Positions 12,510 through 25,835 of a stretch of DNA of 64,000 nucleotides are shown piece after piece. Below the pieces are notes generated by a model. It did no database searches, had not been told where the DNA came from, and was given only the letters and a program-made list of their open reading frames with translations. The stretch's first letter is position 1. The number at the start of each line of letters is the position of its first letter. This DNA comes from Octopus sinensis (lineage: Eukaryota): contig NC_042997.1 in NCBI RefSeq assembly GCF_006345805.1, positions 71,858,001 through 71,922,000 of the forward strand, given 5' to 3'. A program made the position numbers and the translations under genes.

Positions 12510-15500
12510 CTGAAAAAGGAAAAACAAAAAAAAATGAAAAGATAAATAGATGTCCTTAGACTCAATATTTGAAAATATCTACAACAAAATCATGAACTGA
12601 GAGAGAACCTTAGGTTTGGTCCCAATTTCTGAGAAACTGATAAAGGATATGGACCACGGGTCTTTGTGTGAATTTTCCCGTAGAGAGCTATCTATCCAAT
12701 TCTGCTCTCATAAGTATAAAATATCATGAGTACTTTATAATATAGGCACAAGCGTAAGGGATGTAGAATAGATGACGTTGATTTAAGGACTTGACTGGTA
12801 TTAATTTAATCCATCCTAAAACAATGAAAATGAAGATCGACTCTGACTTCAACTCAAAAGCATAAAACGACGCAATCAAATACTGCAAGGAACGTTACCC
12901 ACTGCCACTCACCTTCTTAATATAAAATATTAGTTCAACATCACAATAAGATTTCAATCTATGAATAACAATCTTATAGTAATTAACAACGGCTAAACAA
13001 AAGGCTGTAGACTGACAAAGTCAGAAGTGTTAGACTAATTGTCGGACAGTATTTAGTTTCGTTCCTTTACATCTCTGTGCTCGAGGTCAAGTTTGCATCA
13101 TACATTCGGGATTGATAAAAATGCATCAGTCAAGTACTGAGATCGATATAATAAACCTTCTCGTCAACACTTGTATAACTTTATCTAATTTAGAAATCAC
13201 TGATATTATCATTGAAAATAATCTTCTGATAAAACAAGATTATTTCGTTAATAATCATGATTCTTGAGAATTTCAGGGAGATTTCAAAGTTTATGTCCAA
13301 ACAACCATAAAAGTATTATTAAAGCGAAATTAGTAAAAAGAAATTGTTCTAATGTGCAGAAAATTAACTGTGCAATGCATCATTAAGATAACGTTATATT
13401 TTCGCTCCTGTGAAATTGCGTTCTCATCTTTATTCATTAAATTTTTTATAATTCAATTTATTCATTCAATTGTATATACATTCTGAATGTGGCTCTTAAT
13501 ATGTATGCATGTATATGTATGCAAGCATATTTTGGTTTACGCATGATTTATGTATGTATTTATTTGTGCGTAATTTGGTTCTTGGCAAAGAAAAATGTTC
13601 TATCTCTTAAACTCACATAACTAAAACGGTAAGTACTGCATGTTGAATTTTAGTAAACTTTTGCATGTTTTAACTGTTCCGTTTACAGGTGATATTTGTT
13701 AAGTCCGTGCTAGTTGGTTGCTTTCTGTACCTGAAAAGCCTGGTTTTACGATATTGTAAGTTAGCCAAATGCATGAATAACGATCGGCATAAATGCAAAT
13801 TAATAAACTCCGTAGAAAAGCTGTTGGTTTCGAAGAAATTGTCCGTAAGCAATTTCTTTCTTATTGGTTTTGGAAGAATTGTTCATATCAGCAGGGGATC
13901 TAACTTCTACGACTATGCTGTACATACTTTTTCTTTTCCACTGAAATAACTTTTGTGTATGCACTTGACAGACATTTTAATGGATATGTTTCTCTATGGT
14001 ATGTGTATATTTCTTTCATTTTATTATTATTTTAGTTCTTCATACAAAGAAAGGGAGTGGGATAACAACAACGATAAGCGTTATATATTGAACTTTAGAA
14101 AAGGCTTGCATATTTTTACTGTTCTACTTTCAGATTGCATCTGTGAAGTGCATGTTAGCAGATGCCTTAGCCTGAAAATCTTAGCCGTTTCAAATTTTCA
14201 CATAAACATTGCTATCAAAGGCAGAAGTGCCAGTGTATGTATATGATATATAAATACAGATATCAAAATATAAATATAATATATAAATACATGAATACAA
14301 GCATGCATGTATTTATGTGTTTATGTAAGGATGGTGCCGTCCTACGTTCGTGAGAATGAAATATTTCCATTTATCCACACATTTGTTCTCTTCACAAACA
14401 TGTTTCGTTCTGTTTCTTGCCTTACGTGAGAATTCGTTTTTATTTTCTTTTAACGAATACACTTGTTTGAGACAACGTGCAAAATGTGTAAGCTTAGAAT
14501 GAATGGAAGTATTCTAGGATGTGTGGGCCGACATCTTAAACAAAGGAAACAAAAGAAAATAACACAGCAGCAATACTAACAGCGGCAACAGTAACTACAT
14601 CAACTAGAGAAACAGCAAACCCACTCAATTATGAAAGAAAGAAGAAAGAAAAATTATTTAAAAAATAGGGCTTAAATAACTAACTAGACAAGATGCGTGA
14701 ATCGTCTGTTGAACAATGTAAGTCTGGTGTCAAACAGTAGTTAACAACCACCACCACAAGCACAACAGCAACCGCAACAATAATAATAAGCAAAGAATAT
14801 GCAATGAAAGTGGAAGAGGAAGAAAGGAAAAAAGTAAAGTAAACATAATATTTAAAACTAAAAACAGTCATGAAAGAAACAAAAGCTTTCACTTGACGCC
14901 ATTACACATACACTATATTTATAGTAAGGTTTGACATTTGTACGTGTTAGCGGGAAAAGTCTACACAGGAAATCTGATTACTTTCATTCATAATATAATT
15001 TGTTTGTTTATATATTTATTCACCTATTTATTTGTTTATTTATTAGCATCTATTCGTTTGCTTATTTTTTATCATTAAGACTTTTGTAGATTTATAGTAA
15101 AAACAAAATGACCACCTATTTAAAATATTGCAATTCACTCGTCTTTTTTTTTTTAACTAATTTAGTGGTACTAATTTTATGAAATTATTCTGACATTCCT
15201 ATCAATTTAAAATTGTTTATTTTGCGATTCCTGTATATCTGAGACGGAAAGTATCGAAATTATAGCGTACATATAAAATACAACAATGTGAATTTCATTC
15301 ATAAAAAAAGATTTCTCTGTTAAAAATTAGTGAAGTTATTTCCCTTCGAAATTTTCTTGAGGATTTGATACGCTCGAATGTTACTCAAGAGAATATAAAC
15401 TAAGATATTGGTCCACTAGTGCATATTTCAGGTAGATTTCACCGTCGAGTTGTACAACAATAAGAACCAGATACACCGAGGTGACACCGTATATTGGATT

Positions 15501-15744
15501 CCAAGCTGAGCCATTTATACCACAAAAACCATCAAAACTAGCACAAAAGCACTCACTTTAATTTTGTTTCCTCAATGACAATTTCCTCTTAACACCGAGA
15601 TAAAGAATATTTGATCGTTACTAATGCAAATAAATATGTATTGAACAAGACACCTGAGAGGAAAATAAATAATTATAGTTGTTAAAATTTAAAGCAGGTA
15701 ACAGACACATTCATAGATAGACACACATCTACATAAATTATATA

Positions 15745-15783
<39 letters not shown>

Positions 15784-16305
15784 TGTGTGTGTGTTGTGTG
15801 TGTGTGTGTGCGTGTGTGTGTATGTGTGTGTGTGTGTTTGAATGTCTGTATATTTGAATGGACATATATGTGGGTGTGTGTATATACATATATATATATA
15901 TGTATGTGTGTGTGTGTGTGTGCATGTGTGAGTGTGTATATATATACACACACACGCAGAGGCTCGTATATACACATATACACACGTGTCATTTATACAG
16001 TCGCACCAACCAAGCAAGTATGTTTAAGGGACAGCTACACGAAACCCTTTGTTCCGTTTCGCTTTTTACAGTCCAGCCAACAATGGAACCTTGTTTGGGA
16101 ATGTTTTCATAACGAATTCATTGTTTATAACCAGGTCAAAATTGGAGCCACACCACATATACCTACATGCTTACACATATGCGTGTGCGCATGTGTGTAT
16201 ACACACACACATATATACATACTTATATCTATATATTCATGTACGTAAGCACATATATATATATATAATATATATATATATACACATACACACATGTATA
16301 TGTAA

Positions 16306-16359
<54 letters not shown>

Positions 16360-16728
16360 GTATGTATATATTATGTATATACATACATACTTATTTATAT
16401 GTATGTACTTACATATATACCTATATGTATATATATACATATGTTTACACTTATGAATGTGTCTTAGCTCCACTAAAAGCTATACCGCCCCTCCATCATC
16501 CCAGACATAGTCCTGTTTATGACAGTCAATTTTCAGGGTGTGTGGAATACTAGGAGACAGAATGGATCCCACACGCCTTTTGTTTCAAACATATTTTCCG
16601 CCTGTAGGTAAATATGAAGAAAATTGTGGACACCGACAGAAAGTCAGACGGAACGACAAGAAAAGACAAAAATCCTATTGTTAATTTCGGCTTCACCCTT
16701 CTCTTCGCTCTCCTCGCTCTCTTTTGCT

Positions 16729-16766
<38 letters not shown>

Positions 16767-17779
16767 CCTTCTTCTTCTTCTTCTTCTCTCTCTCTCCCTT
16801 CCGTTCTCCATCTCTCTCTTTCTCTCTACCACCCACAGAGTAATATTTGTTATACATACAATATTGAATGGAATCATATCTGACTCGAAAGCCTGATCAA
16901 CTCCATTTTAGATAACACATTCATTTATATGATTGGGCTGCGTTTGAAATGACGTATGTGTTGAATGTGAGGTAGGCTCATGTTTTCCTACATGGCAAGT
17001 CAGACCAGCACGACTCCCAAATTTGAATGGTGGCAACTATACTAAAATTGACTCAAAATCGAATAATCTGTCTGCCATGCTGTCGATCATTTTTCAATAT
17101 GATTTGTTTCGGTGTTTTTCTCCTCAGCACTGAGTAAATCAAGGTCTAACTATACCGGCCAGCTTACAGTGTCGTCAATTTTGTCAAATGCAATGTTAGG
17201 TACGCAACAAATGGTAACATTCTGAACAGTTATAAGCCATAACCAGTAATATACTGTTTCGTGTATGTGTGTAATTAAGTGGCTCAGAACGCAATCAGTT
17301 AACATATAGATTGATTGGTTGAGAGCGCTCACATGGTGAGCTAAAGAAATTTTGGGTCAGTTTTCTGGTAAGTTGATGTGGTAAGGTCATGAGATGGCCG
17401 TGCAAGAAGATCAGGTCAGACTTTTGTTCGATATGTCACACGACGGGAAAATATCGTTAAAAGATGAAAGCCGAACTTTTAGTCTTTTGGTTGTGTCAAT
17501 GATTTAGATTGAACAAAATAACCCTCACAACTAACTACTCCACACGCGCACAGAAGGAAAGGTAAAGAGAGTTGGGTGAAAGTGAATTTTGCTATCCCCA
17601 AAATTAAAGTGTAATTAAGGAGCTTAAAAGAGCTATATGAATCACATTCCTCAACAGGAATTTTTTACTACTATGGATAGCATTTATAGTTTATGGTGAA
17701 TCGTATACTGCTGATGCTTTTATAGCCTGTTCAGTCGTAGCTTATATATTTTTATAAATGAATTTTCCTTATTTATTTA

Positions 17780-18290
17780 TGTGTGATCCATAGTGTTACC
17801 TTCACGTTGAAAACATGAAATTTAGGAGATTTGGTTTTGCGTACATGTCTAAATATTCATTCAGTGAGAGTTGCCTAGTCCGAGTATCTGATATTTGTTG
17901 TCGATATTGATAGTCTCATTCTTGAGGTAACTTTGGCATGTTCAATGTAATATTCGCTGCATCCATTGCATTTGGTCGTAAATATTAAATTTTGAAGAAA
18001 ACGTGAAGTGGTTTTTCACATTAAGACATTCTGCCCGTTTATATACATATGATGTGTCCTCAATAGGGTTGTCACTATTTCCTCGATTAGAACGGCAACA
18101 CTTTAACTGTTTGAGTCGAGTCCGTAGTAAGTACTTTCGCTCTGGAAGTAGTATTTTTAGGGATTTTAGTTATTTTGCATGTGATTTAAGTTGCCTTTTT
18201 CATTCTTGGGTCTTGCCTCAATAATGGTATGTTCATATGTATAATGCTGAATGGTTCTGGTTTGTGTATTGTAATTAAGAAAATTCTTTG
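17780..18290 (-). mobile_element. Decayed Penelope-like element, GIY-YIG endonuclease region
   Basis: Minus-strand remnants NLIFTTKCNGCSEYY and RQQISDTRTRQLSLNEYLD, with stops and frameshifts. Confidence 0.55.
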
Positions 18291-18299
18291 ATGAAATTC

Positions 18300-18600
18300 C
18301 AGATCGAATAGACAAAAAATTGTCACAAATGGTTTAAAATTCATCCTTCAGAACAGCTTCTTCATTTTCGAGGAATCCACCTACCTACAAATATCTGGAA
18401 CTGCGATGGTAGCAACAGTTTACCCAACCTATGCCAAATTAGTCATAACGTATCTACAAGTTCGACTATATTAGCAAACTGTAACAATGTACGGCATAAA
18501 TTTTCAGAAATATCTAGTGAAAAATTTGAAATGACACTTAGAGGGATGCTTCATTCTGTGAGTATATAACCCTGATGAACTTAACCGGATTCATATTTGA
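18300..18600 (+). mobile_element. Decayed Penelope-like RT fragment
   Basis: KFILQNSFFIFEESTYLQISGTAMVATVYPTYAKLV resembles PLE RT motif B (GTAMG..APTYANL), followed by a degraded YLDD-CFILW motif. Confidence 0.7.
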
Positions 18601-19844
18601 TCTTCATCAAAAACTAAATAGCCACGGTAATTAAGAGCTCAGTTAACAACATTGAACTCTAACATGTTACAAGATTTCAGAAATCTAGTGGAGAAGTCTT
18701 GCATGTATATATGCAAACGATCCTTAGAATCAACACATATTTAGAATAAATATCATAAATATCACACATGGTTCATATTTTAATTAGTTTCAACAGCTGT
18801 TTTGTTGGGAATTCTATAATTATCCAATCAAGATATCTAATAAAGTAATGTAAATAAATTTAAAGCAACGTTTATTCGAAACCATCGGCTATGCTAATCA
18901 CAAACCGTCGCTGTTTTAAATACAAAATTTTGCATTTAAACCAACAATACCTAATGGGTGCTGCAGCCGATAGTATTCCTGATGATTTTGTATAAACATT
19001 TGTCTTAAATTGATTTAGTTTAAACTAATTTATATTAGTTGCTATATTAATTAATTATGTTAATTAATTGTTATATCAATTAATTATATTAATTGATTAA
19101 ATAATTGAAAAATTAATGATGTTTATTCCTAATGAAACAGCTGTTGAGAGCAAATATGATCTATCAGTGAAATTTGTGTATTTCCACATTCTGTTTTATA
19201 TGCGCGTATGTGTGCGCGCGCACACACACACACACACACACACATACACATATAAACACTCGTACATACAAAAGGAAGTTTACATATGCCATAAAGGCAC
19301 ATATTCACGTATACATGCTTATATATTAATACATGTGTATCAGAAGAATCTCCTTGTGTTTCCATTTTTGTCCATATTGCTCTTTGAATGCTGTGTCAAC
19401 CTACAACTATCCTTTAACGAGTGAGATGACATATTACGTAATGCTACAGTTAACTCTTTGGTAGATAACTGTTTATCTTTAACGATGCTTATTTTTCTCA
19501 CGATATTCATATTATCTTACCAGAAACTGCAAATTACAATTAGTTGTCGTTGTTATTTGATCATAGTTTCGCCGCCATAAAAAGAAAAAGTGAAAATAGA
19601 AGAACGAAAATTTTCCTCTCATTGCTATTCTTTTAGCCTATTACTTTTAATCTAATGTTTTGTTTATGGAAATATCGCTACCGGCTGTAACAAAACACGC
19701 CTTCTCTTTCTTTCTCTTCCCCTCTCTCTCACGTTTCTCCTTCTCCCTCACTCTCTATCTGTCTATCTATCTATCTACCTATCTACCCCTCTCTCCCTCT
19801 ATCTATCTATCTCTATCTCTGTCTATCTGTCTACCTTCCTTTTT

Positions 19845-19879
<35 letters not shown>

Positions 19880-19995
19880 GTGCTTCTTTAAAAATGTACA
19901 TTATTTATTAAAGTCAGAATGGAATCTGTGCTCAAAAAACATTTAATTTCAAAAAAAGAAAGGAAAGCAAAAGGTTGACAAATTTCTTATACTGT

Positions 19996-20170
<175 letters not shown>

Positions 20171-21644
20171 ATCAACCACAAGAACAAAAAGCTGGCGAAG
20201 AATTTCTTCATAAGCAACAAGGGCTCAAAAACAATGGTTGCAGTACAAAGTTTAGGATACAATAAAGTAGGTCTTTACATAAAAAGTTGTAAAAATATGA
20301 AACAACATGTAAAAAAAAAATTCACAACAAAGAAATCATCTCGAACCTGAGGGGAGACAACTATTCAGAGCAAATATAGGAACCCAAAACAGATCTGTGG
20401 TAACACTGACCACCACAGGAAGACAGTAGTTCAATCTTCCCGATAGACTCAGCTAGCTATATTGATCTGTCCTGCCCGTGGTAACAGCAATTCGAAATAA
20501 ATTCACAAACTAGTAATGTACGCACACTGAACGAATGCATGCCAGACGGTTTTATTGCTCTGCGCGCATCTTGAACAAGTTGGTTGCTCGTGGATTCAGC
20601 ACGGCCAGGTCATGTAGAATTACCCTGATAATACATTGCATGTATCATGGTCGGCTGATGGCCATAGAGGTATATAAACTAGAATCTTTCAGTTTTGGCA
20701 AAAGTTTGTAATGAATGAAATCTCTTAAACTAAATTGATGACTCATAGATGATGTAAGATAAGAAAAAAATAACTGGTTTTGTAGTGAGGACGAAATCAC
20801 GACTGAATATTTGGTGTTCAGAATAAATGCAACAATTGTTCAAGGTATTAATGGAGAAGGAGATGATTTATTACTCATTAGGAATAGTAATTATTTAAAT
20901 GGGAAACAGATTATGGTGGAGGTAAATGAGGTGACAAAAAGTGAAAGTGAAGTACTGCTAGTGAAGAAATTTGAAACAGAGATGGAAAAATACTAGGAAA
21001 AGGGAAAAAAACTTCTTGAACCTTTTCAATCTTATCTATGCGGCACATGTGAGTACTGGGGTCGATGTTATAGACTTACTCTCGCCCCTGGAATTGCTGG
21101 CCTTGTGTCAAAATTTGAAGCGAATATTTTTTCTTCCATAACGGTCAGAAAGTTATGCTTCCAGCGTTTTTTATATCTGTACCAGCATCCTTAGACTTGT
21201 TGAGCGTATCGAGATTCTTGTGATTGTTTCCTCCAAGAGAATAGTTGACAATTTTTTATGTCGATCTTTGTTAATTTCTCGAAGAGAGAAGGTGAAGTAA
21301 AGCTAGTGAAGACATTCAAATTAGAGTTGGAAGAAATACTAGAATTACAGAAAAAAGCTTAAGGAATTATATGAAGAGGGAAAACACATTGAGTTACCTG
21401 TTTTACCAGATAACAGTCGGATTTCAAAAACTGCAACCAGATGTAAGAGAACAGCTAGGGATGAAGCGTGTTGGGGAAAAAGAAGACGAAATTGTCTGAA
21501 CCGCAGTAGAAAAATGGTTAGAGGGTGCATCAAGACGTTACACGACGACTTGTATAGAATATATATCAGGCATGAGAAGCAACTGATTCATGGACATGTT
21601 TGACATCACTGAAAACCTTTTCAAAGTCATCGTATCTAGCATAC

Positions 21645-22012
21645 TACAGTAAGCATGTCTGTGCAGTAAGAAGTTTGTTTCTCAAGCACATAGTTTTGGA
21701 TTCAGTCCTACTGCGTGACACATTGGGGAAGTGTCCACAACTATAGCCTCGGGCCAACCAAAGCCTTGACAGTAGATTTGGTACATGGAAACTGAAAGAA
21801 TCCCATCGTATGTGTGTCTGTCTGTCTTTGCATTGAACCCCCTCCCCCCGCTGCTTGACAACCGATGTTCCCGTAACATAGCAGTTCAGCAAAAGAGACA
21901 GATAGAATAAGCACCCGGTTTAAAGAAAGTACTAGTGTCGATTCGTTCGACTAAAATTCTTTAAGGCAATGTCTTAGTATGACCGCAATCGAATGACTAA
22001 AACAAGTAAAAA
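21645..22012 (+). mobile_element. SINE family 1, diverged near-full-length copy
   Basis: Colinear with 8790-9236 and 62280-62758. Confidence 0.8.
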
Positions 22013-22362
22013 GGATATTGTTCATAATGTTTGTACGTTGATAAAAATATGAAATTCTGATAATAAAGTTAAATGCTGGTAATGAAAATCTAGGATCTGT
22101 CCATCGAATTTTTCAAGGAATTTCCTCTTTTCAGTTGATTTTTAGCTTATCATCAATACCGTAGTCAATGATATTTACGTGTTACTTTGGTTGGATACAA
22201 GAAATCTTTTGAGGTAAACCACTTTTAATTTAAATAAGTTTCACAAGTCAGAAAATCAAATATGCACACGGGAAGACAACATGTGTATGTTTTCAGACTT
22301 TACCAGGAAGTCATAGACTTTAATATTGGATATCAGATAACTCTCTAATGTACAGAAATACA

Positions 22363-22580
22363 AGGGCAGCGAGCTGGCAGAATCGTTAACATATTGGGCA
22401 AATGCTTAGTGGTAGTTCGTCTGTCTTTTTGGTCTGAGTTCAAATTACACCGAGATTGACTTTACTTTTCATCATTTCGGGGTCGATAAAATAAGTACCG
22501 GTTGAGCACTAGGATCGATGTAATCGACTAAGCCCCTTCTCCGAACTTGTTGGCTTTGTGCCCAAAATTTGAAACCAATA
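22363..22580 (+). mobile_element. tRNA-derived SINE (family 2)
   Basis: Head GGCAGCGAGCTGGCAGAATCGTTA, B-box-like GAGTTCAAAT, core TTTCATCATTTCGGGGTCGATAAAATAAGTACC. Related copies lie at 29470-29650(-), 45475-45620(+), 13030-13200(+) and 46110-46190(+). Confidence 0.8.
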
Positions 22581-23329
22581 TACAGAAACGCATTTTGTCT
22601 TCTTATCAAGCAAATTCAGAAATATGAGCCTTGTTTTCAGTTGGATATTTTATATTATTCTACTGCAATTATATTGTTATATTACATTCTTCTAAATGTT
22701 TCTAATTTGAAACAGCTATCGAAGTACGAGATTTTTTTTTTTTAATCTATTTTCCACTATTAATATGCAGCCCATTGATATGTGAATGACCAATCTTTTC
22801 CAATCTTTTTCTTTTGGCCTTCGAGGCATATCTATTATTTCTGTTGTATTTAGTTTTCGAGCTTTTTCAAATGATTTATTGTACGTTACGAAACATTGTC
22901 TGATGCATAATGACTTCGCTAAAATACCTAGCTTCGTTCTCGTTTATTATTTATTATATTTATTTATTTTAATAATGAATTTTTCTGTTATATTTCCTAA
23001 ATATATTTTAAATTTTGTATAAATCTCTATTGACTACTTTTTAATCCCTTGATTAACCATGATCGAGCCGCTTCACAGCCAACGATTTCCTTGTGATCGT
23101 TCCATATTTTTAAGGCTACCTATAACTGCATTATACAATCTCTCCTTCCTCTGTTTAAGACTGTGGCGTCTAGTGTGAGAGAAAGTTGGTTGTAATTTTT
23201 TGATATCCAACATCAATACATATGCTCCTTTGCTAGTTCGTGCCTGCTGATTCATATCACCTATTAGAATCCACCCCCTGTTTTTCCTCAAATATCCTTT
23301 ACACGGTTGATTATTTCCAACGCCCTCCG

Positions 23330-23600
23330 TCGAAAGCTAGACCATCCTAACAGGGCTTTACTCTCATTCGACGCAGCAGCTACGGTCCGGAAGAGGCCTC
23401 GTGGCAGGCCCCTCACCAAATGACTGAATGTGATTAAGGAAGATCTCCGGATACTTGACATCACCCTGGAGGATGCAGAAGGACCGGCAAGGGACTGCCA
23501 TCAATAGAAAGCACTGGGGGAACTAATCGGCTCTGTATATGATGACGTCTAATCTGGGATGACCTGCGCCCCATGAAGTAGAAGGCAAGCAGAAACAGCT
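23330..23600 (+). mobile_element. 3' fragment of an RTE-clade LINE
   Basis: Translates DHPNRALLSFD...KRPRGRPLTK*LNVIKEDL...A.D...KAL, the typical RTE C-terminus. Confidence 0.7.
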
Positions 23601-24671
23601 CCTTTACACGACCAATTCCCAAAATCAAGGTGAAACTATATGTTATTTTTCTCTAATTGTCCATGAAATCGTACTACTTTTACAGCCAAATGTCTTTCTT
23701 TTTAATTAATTCTGCTTATATCATGGTATCACTAACTTTCTTGAAAAGATGAAAATACGTACTGGTGTATAACTCTTCTCTGGCTGCAAGATATACGTTT
23801 CTTTGTTTTTACTGCGCATTGCTTTATATGTAGCATTAATACTTCTACATATTTTCTCTATCATTATTATCTTTAATCTGTTTGTTTGTGTCCTTATTAG
23901 TTGCGGTTATTGACTTTCGTTGCTTCTGTTGGGATTATTATTACTGCTTATGAAAAGTATGAACTTCGCAGGTTACTCCCAACATAAATTCCATGTCCTA
24001 TGCCAGCCAATTAAAGAACTTACCAACATTATGATCGGTCGTTTTGGCTGTGGAGGTGGTAGTTGTAGTTGCTACTGCTGCTGATATTTTTTGTCATTGT
24101 TGAAGATGTTAACACTACATTTTGATTAGAAAAGAAAAACACTTTTATCTTGGATCTCTATGAAGCGGGTTCATGGCTCTTGATCACATTTGTTTGTTGT
24201 TTTATTATTAATGCCGTTGCTGTAATACAATACATACAACATTACACGACTTCATCTTATATATTGTCTGTAATATAAGCCATGTTAAATGGTAGAAAAC
24301 ACGTTATCGAGACATGACAAGACAGGACGGCGGAAAATAAGAAATGTAAAGTAAAGCAAGTAAATAAAATGCTAACAAAATCACAAGATGAAAGTTCATC
24401 AAACCTCAGTAGACTGCCGACTATGTTATGTTATGTTGTCATCTCAATTTTTCAATGGCCAGGGCCTTCTTTGCAATAAAGAACTTTGCTTCTGCATGCT
24501 CTGATTTGTGTATGAGATAACTAGAAGGGTTTGTTCAGCAACCCTTTTTCATGTTTTCATGTGTTCAGCAACCTTTCATGGTGATGGAACATTCATATTT
24601 TTTCACTTCGAATTTTTCTTTTTTATAGTGAATAATCTGAAAGATTACTATCGGGTGTGTGTGTGTGTGTG

Positions 24672-25150
24672 TAGGCATAGGCATAGCTGTATCATAAGAA
24701 GCTTGCTTCATAATCACATTGCTCCGGGTTCAGTCCCACTACGTGGTACCTTGGACAGGTGTCTTCAACCATAGCCATGAGCCAACCAATGCCTTGTGGG
24801 TGGATTTGGTAAACGGAAGCCCGTCGTATATACATATATCTGTGCGCGAATGTGTGCGTGTGTGTGTGCGTGTATGTGTGTTTGTGTGTGTGTCATTGTG
24901 CTCTTGAGCAAAACACTTTATTTCATGTTACTCCAGTTGACTCAGCTGTAGAAATGAGTTGCGACATCACTGGTGCCAAGTTTTATCAGCCTTTGCCTTT
25001 CCTTTGAACAACACCGGTGGCGTGGAGAAGGGAGGCTAGTATGCATGGACGACTGCTGGTCTTTAATAAATAATCTTGCCCGGACCTCCGCCTCTGAGGG
25101 TAACTTTCTAGGTGCAATTGCATGGTTATTCGTGACCGAGGGGTTCTTTA
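24672..25150 (+). mobile_element. SINE family 1 5' part fused to the 3' part of another SINE-like repeat
   Basis: Family-1 head and (TG)n run to ~24900, then a different body (CTTGAGCAAAACACTTTATTTC...CTCAGCTGTAGAAATG). Confidence 0.6.
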
Positions 25151-25575
25151 CCCTAATATATAATGCTTCAAATTAAATTTATGCACGTTTGCATGTCAGT
25201 GTATATGAGAGCAAGAATGTCATTATGTATATATTTTTTCATCTTAAGGAGTTTGTTTCCCAATCATTCAGTTTTGGGTTCGATTCTATTGTCTGTCATC
25301 TACGGTAAGTGCTTTTATCAAAGTATCAAGCAATCCAGTCCTTGTGATTAAAAGACAGAAATAATGGAAACCCGTTGGGTTGAATGTACATACCTGTATT
25401 ACGTTGATTCTACCAATGGATTACGTGGATGTAAATTAACTACGTCGCTTACACAATAATATAATGTGTGGGTAATTCATCTGGGCGAATAACTGGGTTA
25501 CTCATTACCGAAACCAATCCGAATCAAAGAATGCGCATGTGTAGATTTTATGCGAAGTAATGCTATCAGCAGACT

Positions 25576-25579
<4 letters not shown>

Positions 25580-25653
<74 letters not shown>

Positions 25654-25740
25654 CAGCAAGAGCGGCAGCAGTTGTAGCAGCAGCAGCAGCAGTAGTAGCA
25701 GCAGCAGCAGTAGTAGCAGCAGCAGCAGCAGTAGTAATAA

Positions 25741-25796
<56 letters not shown>

Positions 25797-25835
25797 TAGT
25801 AGTAGTAGTAGTGGTAGTAGTAGTAGTAGTAGTGG
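25580..25835. repeat. (TA)n followed by (AGC)n/(AGT)n microsatellite
   Basis: Directly visible. Confidence 0.95.

Noticed and set aside
15682-16553. Many overlapping ORFs ([12 protein letters not shown] peptides), also at 33-34 kb, 37-38.8 kb, 42-44 kb, 54 kb and 62.3-62.6 kb
   Set aside because: Translations of (TA)n/(CA)n microsatellites, not genes
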